The notes below the pieces were generated by a model. It saw only the letters and a program-made list of their open reading frames with translations. It searched no databases and was not told where the DNA came from. DNA of 64,000 nucleotides from the human T2T-CHM13v2.0 reference genome, Homo sapiens: assembly GCF_009914755.1 (NCBI RefSeq), contig NC_060930.1; one strand, written 5' to 3'. Below, in pieces: positions 41,220 through 53,342 of this stretch (within the stretch, counting starts at the first letter, position 1; every line of letters begins with the position of its first letter). The position numbers were made by a program, and so were the translations under genes.

Positions 41220-42560
41220 CAGATATGTGCGCATACAATTTCACTAAATATTGGCAAGATGTATAAAACATTGTAGGATTTTTATATTCCCATCAACAGT
41301 GATGAAAATGTACATTTCTCCATATCGTCACCAGCACGTAATTTTGTAACGTATAATATTTTGGACCAATGTGATAGCTGTGAAATATTTTCTCATTTTA
41401 ATTGGTATTTTTTCATTATGATTACTAGTTGGTTTAAAAATTTTTCATATATTCATTTGACCATTCATATACATACTTCTAGGAAATGCCCATTTTATTA
41501 TTTTTCTAACAAAACGTTTTCATTAGTGTATAATTTACATAGAGAAAAGCGTACAAGTCATGAGTGTACAACTTGATAAAGTATTACAAAATAAACACCT
41601 CCAATATAACCATCATCTAGCACCTAGATCTTACATCCAAAAATCTAACATTGCTGGGACCCTACAATGTCCAAGCAGGTCCCCTTCCAAAACACTACAT
41701 CCTCTTTTTTCCACAAAGAGAAACACTATCCTGAATGATAACACCATAGATTATTCTTGCCACTTCAAGTAAGTGGAATCAAACTATACAGAACATATCG
41801 TGTCTAGTTTCTTTTCCTCAATATGTTTATGAGAGTAGTCCATGTTGTAGCATATAGCTGTAGTATTTTTCACTGCTGCATAATAGTTCATTGCATGACT
41901 ATGCAATAATTTATCTACTTTGTGTTCATTAAAATATGATGCAGTTATAAACCTTTTAATGCATGTTTTTCAGTGTGCATAAGTATATGCCTAGGAATGT
42001 AAATGTATGTCTTCAACTTTGGAGGATAATGGCAGTTCTCCGGTTGGATACACGGATTTATACCACTACGTGTAGTGCATGTCAGCTCTAATGGCTCCAC
42101 ATCTTTGTCAACAATTGGTATTGTCAGCACTTTTTAATTTTAGCCAATCTAGAAAGTATGAAGAAAACACTGATTTGTGGCTTAAATTACCATTTCTTTG
42201 ATGACTAATGAGGTTGATCATATTTACATGTTTGTGGGCAATGGGGATAGCCTCTTTTGTAAAGTATCTTTTCACAACTTGTTCTCTCATTCTATTTTGT
42301 TGTATGTATTTTCTTACTGAGTTTTACAAGTTATTTATATATTCCAAATCTGAGCTTTTTGTTTTTGTATGTGTTGCAGATAGATTTCCCTAGTCTGTTA
42401 ACTTGGCTTCTATTTTCTTGTCAGCTTTTTTTGAGGGAGAAATGTCTAAGTTGTATTGTCTAATTTTGCATATTTCCTTTATAGTTTATGGTTTTTGTGA
42501 CTGTTTTAAATGTTCTAACTTATCTTAAAATCATAAATATATCCTCCTATGTCATGTTCT
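41220..42560 (-). mobile_element. Nested ancient L1M fragments
   Basis: Degenerate antisense L1 ORF2-end and 3' UTR motifs (ATTCCCATCAACAGTG, TTTTTAATTTTAGCCAATCT, TGATGACTAATGAGGTTGA). Confidence 0.6.
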
Positions 42561-42565
42561 ATAAC

Positions 42566-42800
42566 AGCACTCTGTTACTAATTTCTGCAATAATAGACAT
42601 ATTTTATATCTGTGCTAACCTACATCGTAGCCACTAGATACATGTTGCTACTGAGCACTTAAAGTATGGCTAGTGTGACTGAGGAAATACTTTAACATTT
42701 TTATTTGATTTTAATTAATTTAAATTTACATTGCTATATGTGGCAATTGCTAGTGGCAATTTAAATTAATTTAAATCACTAGAGGCCAACATATTGGATA
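42566..42800. mobile_element. MER3 (hAT-Charlie)
   Basis: GTAGCCACTAG...GAGCACTTAAAGTATGGCTAGTGTGACTGAGGAA...TTTAATTAATTTAAATTT. Confidence 0.75.
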
Positions 42801-45800
42801 AAAATCATTCAATTATGTTCTCAGACCACAATATAATTAAACTAGAAATCAGTAACAGAAAGATAGCTGGGAAATTCCAAAATATTTGGAAAGTAGCACA
42901 CTTCCAAATTATCCAGGGTCAAAAAAGTATCAAGATAAATTTAAAATTTTTTGAACCAAATAGAAGAAAAAATAAAATGTATCAAAATTTGTGTGATACA
43001 GTGATAGCAGTGCTTAGATTAACATGTTTAGCATTAAATTCATGTGTTCAAAAAGAAGAAAAATCTAAAACTTCACCCTCCGCCTTAAGAAACTAGAGTA
43101 AGAAAAGCCAATTAGGCCTGGCTGAAATAGGTCAGATCCTTAAAAGAGACTGCTGAAACTCCCACAAGGAGAACTAGATAAACTGAATATCCATTTATTT
43201 ATTATAGAAATTTGATCACTATTTAATAAACTTACAAAAAAATAAAGCACCAGACTCAAATGATTTCACTGGTAAATTCACTAAACATTTAAAGAAAAAA
43301 TAATACCAAGTTTCCACAATTTCTTCAAGAAAATGGAAGCCGTGAAAACACTGTCTATATTATTCTATAAGGCCAGCATTACCCTAATATCAGTTCCAGA
43401 GAAAGACCTTGCAAGAAACAAAAACTACATTCCAATACCTCTCATGAACATAGACACAAGAATCCTTACCAAAATATTAACAAATTGAACCCAACAAGTA
43501 TAACAGGAATTATACACCATGGCTGAGTGGGATTTATTTCAGGTACTCAAGGCTCATTCAAAATTTAAAAATCAATCAGTGTAATTCATCACATCAAAAC
43601 ACTAAATAAGAAAAATCATATGATATATCAATTGATACAGAAAAAGTGTTTAACAAAATTTAGAATCCATGCATGATAAAAGCTCTCAGAGAATTAGGAA
43701 TAAAAGGAAACTCTCAACCTGATAAAGAACATCTGTAAATCTACAGCCAGCATCTTAATTGTAAGAAACTGGACATAAGGCAAGATTGTCCTCTTGTATT
43801 AAAAAGTTTATTCAAAGTCCTAGATAGTGCAATAAAACATAAAAAAGAAAAATTATGGAGATTATTAAAAAAGAAAAGGATCATATTCACAGATGACATA
43901 ATTTTCTATGTAGAATGCTCCAAAATACCTATTTAAAAACTCCTAGAACTAATACATACACACACACAGTAATACACTTAGTATATACTAATATATACTA
44001 TAACCTGCTCTCAATACACAAGGTCAACATGAAAAAATCAATTGCTTTTCTATATCTCAGCAATAAACAATGGGAATTTAAATTCTAAAAAGCAATATCA
44101 TTTACAATAACACTAACAAATTTTAAAGGTGGGGTGTAAATCTAACAAAATATATACAGAATCTTTATGTAGAATATTACAAAACACTGATGAGGAAATA
44201 AAGGAAGATCTAAACAAAGGGAATGATATTCTTGGTTTATCGATTGGAAGACTCGATATTGTTAAACTGTCTGTTCTAATATATAGACTCAATGCAATCC
44301 CAATGAAAATTCCAGCAATATATGTTTTTAGATATTGATGAACAGGTCCTACAATTTATATGGAAAAACAAAAGACTCAAAATAGCCAACACAATATGAA
44401 AGAAAGAAAGTCAGAGGGCTGACACTACATAACTTCAATATTTATTGTAAAGCTACAGTAATCAAGATAGCATGGTATTAGCAAAAGAACAAGTATATGG
44501 ATGAGAAAAGAGAATAGAGAGTCCATTAATAGACCCACACAAACATAAAAAAGAATCTTTGATAAAAGAGTAAAGGCTATTAAACTGAGCAAAAATAGTC
44601 TTTTACACAAATGGTACTAGAACAATTGGACATCCATGCAAAACGTGAACTTACACACAGACATTATGCCTTTCACAAGAATCTCAAAATAAATCATCGA
44701 CATAAATAAAAATACAGAAATTATAAAACTTATTGAAGAAAACATAGGGTAAGATCTAGATGATTTTGGATTTAAGAATGAATATTTAAATACAACAAGA
44801 GTAGCAAAATCATGAAAAATGAATAGGTTGAACTTTATATATTAAAATCTGTTCTACAAAAGACATTGTTAAAAGAATGAAAAGATAAGACACAGATTGG
44901 AAAAAATACTTGCAACACAGCTATATAATAAAGGAATTATATCCGAAATATGCAATATACAAAAAAACCTTAAAAGCCAACAAGAAAACAAAAAACAAAA
45001 TAAAAATGAGTAGAAGATCTGAACAGACACCTCGCCAAAGAATATATGTCATACAAGTGACATACATTGACATACAAGTGAATATATGTCATACAAGTGA
45101 CCAAATAAGCCTATGAAAAGCTGCTCATTTCCATTTTTTGTTAGGGAAATATAAATTAAAACAACATTCCATTAAAAAGTCAAAATGATAAAGTAAACAG
45201 ATCAATGGCGGCTAGGGATTCTGAGGTGTAGTAGTAAATAGATGAAGCACACAGGATTTTTTAGAGTGGTGAAACTGTTGGGTATGATACATACTGGCAG
45301 ATACATGATTCTCTACATTTCTGAAAACCATAGAACTTTACAGCATGAAGAGTGGAGCTTAATGTTTGCAAATTAAACAAACATTTAGGAGATAAGAGGA
45401 TCCTAGGATGAGATGCAGGCTATGATTTTTTTAAAAAACAACTGTATTACAAATGTATGAAATAATCTTGCTAAAGAGGATGGAGAAAAGATAATTGGTT
45501 AGTATATTTAGAAATAAGTAGAGTCTATAATACTGAAGATAAAAGGAACCTTACATAAGCTCTGTATTCTAGTTGATAAACTTGTTTCCCACAGGGATAT
45601 GGGTCAATAATTCTGAAATTACTATACCTGTACATTGGAATTGCACAATTAAGTAAACAGCTGGCTGATGACAGAAGCCAGGTTTCTCACTGTTGGAGTG
45701 ACAGGTTACACATAAACAGGTGGGGAATGCCAGAAGGATCCATGTGATCATTGATCAGAATGGGAGACAAGAGTATGAACTCATGTTTAGCTTAAAATAA

Positions 45801-46950
45801 ATACTCTTAGATACATACAGAAAAATTTATAAATATGCACGTATACATGAGTTAGTACACACACATACTTCCTTGTTCTTTCAGCTGAGATGGTCTTGAG
45901 CAACGGGACAGTACCAGTGAACACACCTAGCTCAAAGATATCAGTTTTTTATTCCATTCTCCAATGAAAGGATGCCAGACTTGTTGCACAAATGACCAAT
46001 TTGGGTCTGTGGCATGAAATAATGATCTTGCAGCATCTTGTAGTGCCAGAAAGTGAGAAAAAACTCAAATATAAAACCCACAAAACCCACAGTGACAGGA
46101 AAATATCAAAGAGACATTGGAGCCAACTGAAAGAGCTTCCAATGGCGAAAGCTGGAACAATATGAGCAACAAAATAAAGTTATATTGGGGTGTAAGCTGA
46201 AGCAGAAAAGAAGTATCAATGAGTTCATACTAGCATCAGTAAATGTTTGGATATATAAATGAATAGGGGAGGAGATCTAAATCTACTATGCAGAATTCAA
46301 AACATCTTGTGAGAGATTATCTTTCATAGAGAGAGAGTATTAACCCAGCTACTTAAATATTGGCTGCGGACAGTATTCTAAAGAAAACAATATGGAAAAG
46401 GGGAAAACAAGTGACTTTACAGTGCAGAAATCTGACAAACATTACCTTAGTCAAGCAATCAAGATTAACATCAATAATGACAAGTCATATTGATGGCATG
46501 TACCTTTCATGTAATTCATGGAGAATGGCACTTTACCTGTGTGGTCTTTCTCCCCAAACCTCGAAGTTCTAGTATAATTTGGAGGAAAGCATCGGATCAT
46601 CCCCACTGAGGCACATTCTACAGAATACCTAGCCTGTACTCTGAGAACTGCTGCAACCAAAAAGAACCTAAGGAGACATGTTGGCTAAGAGTAATGATTA
46701 TCCTGAATGGGACACTGGAACAGTAAAAGGTCAGTAGATCAAAACTAAGGAAATCTGAATAAAGCATAGACTTTCGTTAATGGTATAAATATCAGTTCAT
46801 TAATTATAACAAATTTTCCATACTAATTTAAGATGTCAACAACAGGGGAAACTAGATGTTAAGTACATAGGAACTCTCTGTACTATCCTTGCAACTTTTC
46901 TGTAAACCTAACACAATTTTAAAATGATAATTTGATTAAAATAAATTAAT
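42800..46950 (+). mobile_element. Long L1MC-like element (ORF2 remnants plus long 3' UTR)
   Basis: Degenerate ORF2 peptides (FSDHNIIKLEISNRK; IYRLNAIPMKIP) followed by an L1MC 3' UTR ending GGAACTCTCTGTACTATCCTTGCAACTTTTCTGTAAACCTAA. Confidence 0.8.
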
Positions 46951-48613
46951 GGTGATATGTTGAAATTTTTACCTCTAAAACTAGCATCTCCAGTGTCTCC
47001 ATTTTTATTCAAAATTATATTAGTAGCCCTAGCCAGTGAAATAAGTTATGAGAAAGGAATAAAATAAGGATAGAAAAGTTTTTTTTAAAATAATGTATAC
47101 ATAGAAAATGTAATTCTATAAATAAACCTTTAGAATTATCAGCGTCATTGAATCAATTCATTATACACAAATTAATTTAATTTTAATTTTACATACCAGC
47201 TACAGAAATTTTAAGACGTCTCAAAATTATTGAAATATAATAAGACCTACATAAATGATAGATATACCATGTCAATATTTTTGAAGACTTGATGTTGTAT
47301 AATTTCCAATTCTTCTCAAAGTGATCTATAGATTCAATGTAATGACAACAAAAGTCCCAGCAGGTGTGTTTCTGAAAATTGAGATGCTGAGACTAAAATT
47401 GTATCGAAATATAAAGGAACCAGAATGGTTAAGGGAAACTTGAAGAATTACAGAATGAGAGAATTTGATTTACCAGAAAAGACTTATACCATAGTTACAA
47501 TCACTAAATAAGAATTGGTACAAGTAAAGACCACAGACTAATGAAGGCAAGAGACAGCAGAAACAGATCCATTCTTACAGGACTACTTGAATTACGACAA
47601 AGGTGGCACGTTGGAGGAATAGAAAAAAGATGGGCTTTTCAGTGAATCGTCCTGAGTCAATAGTCCTGAGTCAATCAGTTGTCCCTCTGGGAACCAAATG
47701 AAACCTGACGTTTGCTTTTCGTATTTCCTTTGGGGTAGGCCTGCTGGTTAGTGTGGTTTATATTTATCATTCAACGATTATCGTTAAATACCATTTTCCT
47801 ATTTTATTTTTCATGAACCGTATAACTATCTCAAATTATCTCATTTATTTGATTGCTTTTAAATTATTTTTCCTGTTCCCACTACAATATAAAGTCCCTG
47901 AGAACAAGAATTTATCTATGCTGCTAAACATTGTAGCTAAAATATCTAAAATATTTCAAGGTATAATTATAAGCTTTTGAATAAATAAATGAATATACAA
48001 ATCTGCCAGGAAAATGAGGAGTGAAAATAACATAATCCTTTGATCTAGCGCAGGAAGGATGAGGACAGTTTATTTGAGAGCCTGGGATGGGGTAATGGTT
48101 TGGAACATTCTAGATAAAAGGCATAGCAAATGCTGAAACATAATAAATGTGTAGGGGAACATCACAGGGTGACTTTCTGAGTGGGCTATTTTTTTATGTA
48201 GTAAATGGAAATGTCTGTTTAAAATAAAGGCAGTCGTATTTATTCAGTGACAAGTCTCAGATTACCTGTATTATGTTCTCTTTATTTCATGTGTGGAAAG
48301 AAAACTTGTTTTCCTCTAAAATGTCAGTTCAGGATTCTAACACTTATCCATTCTCCCCCAACCTTCTCCAGTTCAGGGCTGTACACGCAGATATTGTCCA
48401 ACACTTACTTACAGTACTTGGTATTATGTATGTCTGGTTTCTTTAGTGTGTGCATCATGCTTATCTAGGTTTGTTTGTGTTTTAATACAGATTCCTGGGA
48501 TCCCCTTCTAAAACATTAAAACAGAAGGTCGGGGCTAATTAACTAGCTAGCTCCCTAGGTAAGTCAGATACACAGCAAATGTGGGAACTACTGAATTCTA
48601 ATCTGAACCCGTG

Positions 48614-49153
48614 TGTATTAGTCAGGGTTCTCTAGAGGGACAGGACTAATAGGATAGATGTATATATAAAGGGGAGTTTATTAAGGAGTATTCATTCACA
48701 AGATCACAAGGTGAAGTCCCACAGTAGGCCATCTGCAAGATGAAGAACAAGGAAGCCAGTCTGAGTCCTTGAACCTCAAAAGTAGGGAAGCCAACAGTGC
48801 AGCTGCCAATCTGTGGCTGAAGGCCTAAGAGCCCCTGGCAAACCACTGGTGTAAGTCCAAGAGTCCAAAAGCTGAAGAACTTGGAGTCTGATGTTCAAGG
48901 GCAGGAAGTATCCAGCACAGGAGAAAGATGAACACTGGAAGACTAGTCCGTCCACATTCCTCTGCCTGCTTTAATTCTAGCCACACTGGCAGCTGAATAG
49001 ATGGTGCCCACCAAGGTTGAGGGTGGGTCTTCCTCTCCCAGTCCACTGACACAAGTGTTAATCTCCTTTGGCAACACCCTCACAGACACACCCATGAACA
49101 ATACTTTGCATCCTTCAATCCAATCAAGTTGACATTAAATATTAACCATCACA
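48614..49153. mobile_element. MLT2A (HERV-L) solo LTR
   Basis: TGTATTAGTCAGGGTTCTCTAGAGGGACAG...CAATCCAATCAAGTTGAC...ATTAACCATCACA; near TSD CCGTG/CCTTG. Confidence 0.88.
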
Positions 49154-49297
49154 CCTTGCTAACAAAAGTGTGGTCTACCAACAGCATTGACATCACCTAG
49201 AAACTTGTTAGAAATTTTGAATTTCAGGTTCCATCCCAGATATGCTGAATCAGAATTTAAACTTTTCTAAGATCCTACATAATTTATGTGAACTTTA

Positions 49298-49985
49298 ATA
49301 ATTGTATTGTAGTAAGAACACAACATAAAATTTACTTTCTTAAATGTTTAAGTGTGCAAGACTATTGTTAACTGTAGGCACAATGTGGTGCAGCAGATCT
49401 CTAGAACTTATTCATCTTGCATAATTGAAATTAGCAATTTCCCTTTTCTCCCTGACTCCAGACCCTGAAAACCACCATTCTCCTTCCTGATTTTCTGAGT
49501 TTGGCTATTTTAGATACCTTATATAAGTGGATTCATGCAGAATTCTTCCTATTGTGACTGGCTTATTTCACTCGGCATAACGTCTTTGAGGTTCATCCAT
49601 GTTGTTGCATATTGTGGAAATTCCTTATTTTTAAGGTGGAATAATATTCCATTATATAAGGATGGCTATTATATTTTTTAAAAGACAACAAGTGTTGGTA
49701 GAGATGCAGAGAAAATTGAACGCTTGTATACTGGTGATGAGAATGCAAAATGGTGCAGCCACTATAGAAAATAATATGGAGATTTCTCAAAAAATTAAAA
49801 ATGGAACCACCATATGATCCAGCAATCCCACTTCCAGGTATTTCTCCAAAAGAATGAAAATCAGAATCTTGAAGAGATATTAGCACCCAAATGTTCAATA
49901 CAGCACAATTGACAATAGTCAAAGTGTGGAAGCAATCTCAATATCTACGGAAGGATAAATGGATTTAAAAAAAAGTGGTATGTAT
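49298..49985 (-). mobile_element. 5'-inverted L1MA/MB fragment inserted in a MER5A
   Basis: Minus-strand 3' end to ~49659, then a plus-strand ORF2-end segment to ~49985. MER5A halves flank it (49170-49295, ~50005-50025); another MER5A lies at ~50035-50170. Confidence 0.7.
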
Positions 49986-50987
49986 TACTAGATACATAAG
50001 AACTTTTAAGTTCGAGAAGCAAATTCTGATCCAAACCACTGTGCTCCTAGACACTTAGCAGCAACATCTCCTGGGAACTTGTTAGAAATGCAAATTATTT
50101 GCCTCACCCTAGATCTGAATCAGAACCCCTCTGTTTTAACAAACCCAGAACTCTCAAGTTTGAAAACCACTCATCTAAACTCTTATCCTGTCTTTGAATC
50201 GTTGATCCACAACTTTATCCTGCCTTTAGCAGTGACCTTTTCTAATTTTAAGCACCACCACAATTCTACCTCTAAAGTCAGTGGAAATTCAGCAGGGCTA
50301 GAGAAGGACGAATAAAAAAAAACATCTATGGTATTACATACGTACGGAACAAAATGCTGCACTTTGTCCAAAAATTGGAGGATTTCCTTTTTTTCCCAAA
50401 CTGTACATGGGTTTGGAAGGGCTCTCTAATTGGGTGAACATAAAAGCCATGTACTGGTTGGCTGTACTTCCACATCTGTGGTTTTTCAATAGCTATTCTA
50501 GAAAAAGGTTTTACTCCCACCTTGACTTCTAAATTTTAAAACGCCTCCATCTCTGAAAAACACTTTTCAATAATTGTCAATTAGAGTGAGGATAGTAGGG
50601 TAAGCAGCTGCTTTAGTTTATTTAAGGAAGCTGCCAGATGATGTCAGCTCCAGGTGTTTCTAAATATTAAGGTGATGGGGTGCATCCCTCAACTTTATAG
50701 ATAGAGAAAGCAAGGGGCTGTCCCCCATGTTTCTTCTTTAAAATAAAAACCCACAAGTCTACTACTTTCCAATCAATTTCCTATGATTTATCTTAGAGCA
50801 TTTACATCTAATCCAAACACTACCAGATGAAGGTTGAAAAAGGATTGTTAGGGAAGTAAAGTAAGATGGCTTCAGAGTCCCTGTGTCTTCTTTCTCAAAC
50901 TCCTTCCATAATTTAAATGCTAAAGCATGATAAGGTTTTTAATAGACTATTTTGTTGTGTGTGTGTGTATATATATATATATCTATA

Positions 50988-51483
50988 TCTAAGGTATACG
51001 GCATGATGCTTTGATATACATAGTGAAATAGTTACTAGAGTTAAGCAAATTAACAAATTAACATGTCCATCATCTCACATAGTTACACAATTTTTTCTTT
51101 TCATTTTTTCTTTTCTTTTTTTTTTTTTTTTTTTTTGAGATGGTCTCACTCTGTCGCCCAGGTGGAATACAGTGGTGCGATTAAGCTCACTGAAGCCTGG
51201 ACCTCCCAGGCTCAGGTAGTCGTCCCACCTCAGTCTTCTGGGTAGCTGGGACTACAGGTGGGTGCCACCACACCTGGCTGCAATTTTTTTTTAATGGTAA
51301 CAGCACTTACAGTCTACTCTCTTAGCAAATTTCCAGTTTAAAATACAATATTATTAACTATAACGCTCATGCTACATTAGATCATTAGGACTCATTCATC
51401 CTATATAACTGCAACTTTGTACACTTTGACCTGCATCATTCCGTTTCTTCCCTGCCCCTGGTAACCACCACTGTTTCCACGTA

Positions 51484-51515
<32 letters not shown>

Positions 51516-52400
51516 TTAAGATTCCACATATAAGTGATATTGCACAGTATCTTTCTTTTTGTGTCTGGCTTATTTCGCTTAGCATAATGTCCTCCAGGTT
51601 TATCCATGTTGTTGCAAATGTCAGGATCGCCTTCTAAAGGCTGAATGATATTCCATTGTGTGTGTGTGTGCGTCTGTGTATATGCGCGCGTGCATGCCTA
51701 TGTATGTATTACAATTTCTTTATCCATTCATCGTTAACAGACACTTTGGTTGTTTCCAAATCTTCGCAACTGTGAATAATGCTGCATGAACTTGAGAGCG
51801 ATTTCTGAGATCCTGATTTCATTTCCTTTGAGTATACACCCAGAAGAGGGATAGCTGGGTCACTGGCTTTAGCAACGATTTTTGCAATATCACACCAAAA
51901 GCCCAGGCAACCAAAGCAAACCTAGATAAATGGGACTTCATCCAACTAAAATGCTTCTGCACCGCATAGGAAATAATCAACAAAATGAAAAAACAGCCTA
52001 TAGATTGGGAGAAAATATTTGTGAGCCATATATCTGATAAGGGGTTAATATCCAAAATACATTACGTTCACAGAACTCAGCCAAAATAAATAAATAAAAC
52101 ACCCAGTTAACTAACGGGCAAAGGATGTGAATGGACTTTTTTTTTTTTTCCAGAGGAAGTACAAATTGCCAACAGGTATAAGAAAAGGCGCTCAAAATCA
52201 CTAATGAACAGGGAAAAGCCACTAGGTATCTCCTCACACCTGCTAGGATGACTGTTATAAAAAAGATAAGCGATAATAAGTGTCGGTGATGTGCGGAGCA
52301 AAGGGAACCTTGTACACTGGTGGTGGGAATGCGGACTGGAACAGCCATTATGGAAAACCCTACGGAGGTTCACTCAAAAAGTTAAAAACAGAACTACCAG
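50988..52400 (-). mobile_element. 5'-inverted L1MA-like element abutting the CpG island; contains an Alu monomer (51091-51280, minus strand)
   Basis: Minus-strand 3' UTR to GGGATAGCTGGGTCA (~51862), then plus-strand ORF2 end to AGAACTACCA (~52399). Confidence 0.78.
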
Positions 52401-52721
52401 CCCAGTGTTATCCGTCCTTCGTTAAGTTCAAAGTCACGGTGCCACTTCCTTTCCCATCTAAAGGGGACTGCTCGCGACCCAAGCCAAGGCCCGCAAGTGT
52501 GGCTCTCCCTGCGGGGAGAGTAGGGCAGGAGGTGGATTTCCAGGCCAGAGGCTTCCAGGCTGGGCCCGGACCCCACGCCGACCCCGGCCCCGGGGGGGGC
52601 TCAGCGACCTCGGCGCCTCCTCAGGCCCCCAGTGAACCTCCGGGGCCCATAAAGGCTCCAGGCCGGCTCCCCGGAGGCCCACCAGCGGGCGTCTGGGCCT
52701 CCCTCCGCGCCGCGACCGCCA

Positions 52722-52825
52722 GGAGGCGCCGCCCGGGAGAGGAAGTCCAGCTGGGCCCGGCCGGGCTTCGGAGGCGCCGCCCGGGAGAGGAAGTCCAGTT
52801 GGGCCCGGCCGGGCTTCAGAGGCGC
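52722..52825 (+). repeat. 48-bp tandem duplication (~2.2 copies) in RAB32 promoter
   Basis: GGAGGCGCCGCCCGGGAGAGGAAGTCCAG(C/T)TGGGCCCGGCCGGGCTTC at 52722-52769 and 52770-52817, one mismatch. Confidence 0.95.
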
Positions 52826-53092
52826 AGGGCGGGAGCCGCCTCGCGCAGGGTCCTCCCCAAGCCGGCGCCAGGCCCTGCCCTCGTCCGGCCCTGCCCTCGT
52901 CTGGCCCCGCCCGGGCCGCGAGCACTGGCGGGTTCTGGGTCCTGTGACCGGTCAGGCGGCGTCAGCGGGCGCGGCGGAGGGCTGGCCGGCCTCGGGGGAG
53001 TTTCCGCGGCCGCCGGGGGCGCGGCGGCAGAGCGCGAGGCCGGGCAGGGGGCCAGACTCGGAGTCGAGGCGCGCCCGACAGCCGCAGCGCTC

Positions 53093-53342
53093 ATGGCGGG
53101 CGGAGGAGCCGGGGACCCCGGCCTGGGGGCGGCCGCCGCCCCAGCGCCCGAGACCCGCGAGCACCTCTTCAAGGTGCTGGTGATCGGCGAGCTTGGCGTG
53201 GGCAAGACCAGCATCATCAAGCGCTACGTCCACCAGCTCTTCTCCCAGCACTACCGGGCCACCATCGGGGTGGACTTCGCCCTCAAGGTCCTCAACTGGG
53301 ACAGCAGGACTCTGGTGCGCCTGCAGCTGTGGGACATCGCGG
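53093..53342 (+). CDS. RAB32: RAB32 coding exon 1 (aa 1-83 plus 1 nt)
   Basis: ATG at 53093 gives [10 protein letters not shown]...[15 protein letters not shown] (P-loop)...YRATIGVDF (switch I)...[13 protein letters not shown] instead of WDTAG is typical of the Rab32/38/29 group. Donor G|GTAAG at 53342/53343; 250 nt, phase 1. Confidence 0.98.

Noticed and set aside
45042-45100. Short repeats of CATACAAGTGA inside the L1MC
   Set aside because: Local slippage duplication in a dead repeat; no evident function.
52722-52825. Direct repeats as a CRISPR-like array
   Set aside because: Head-to-tail copies with no spacers, in eukaryotic DNA.
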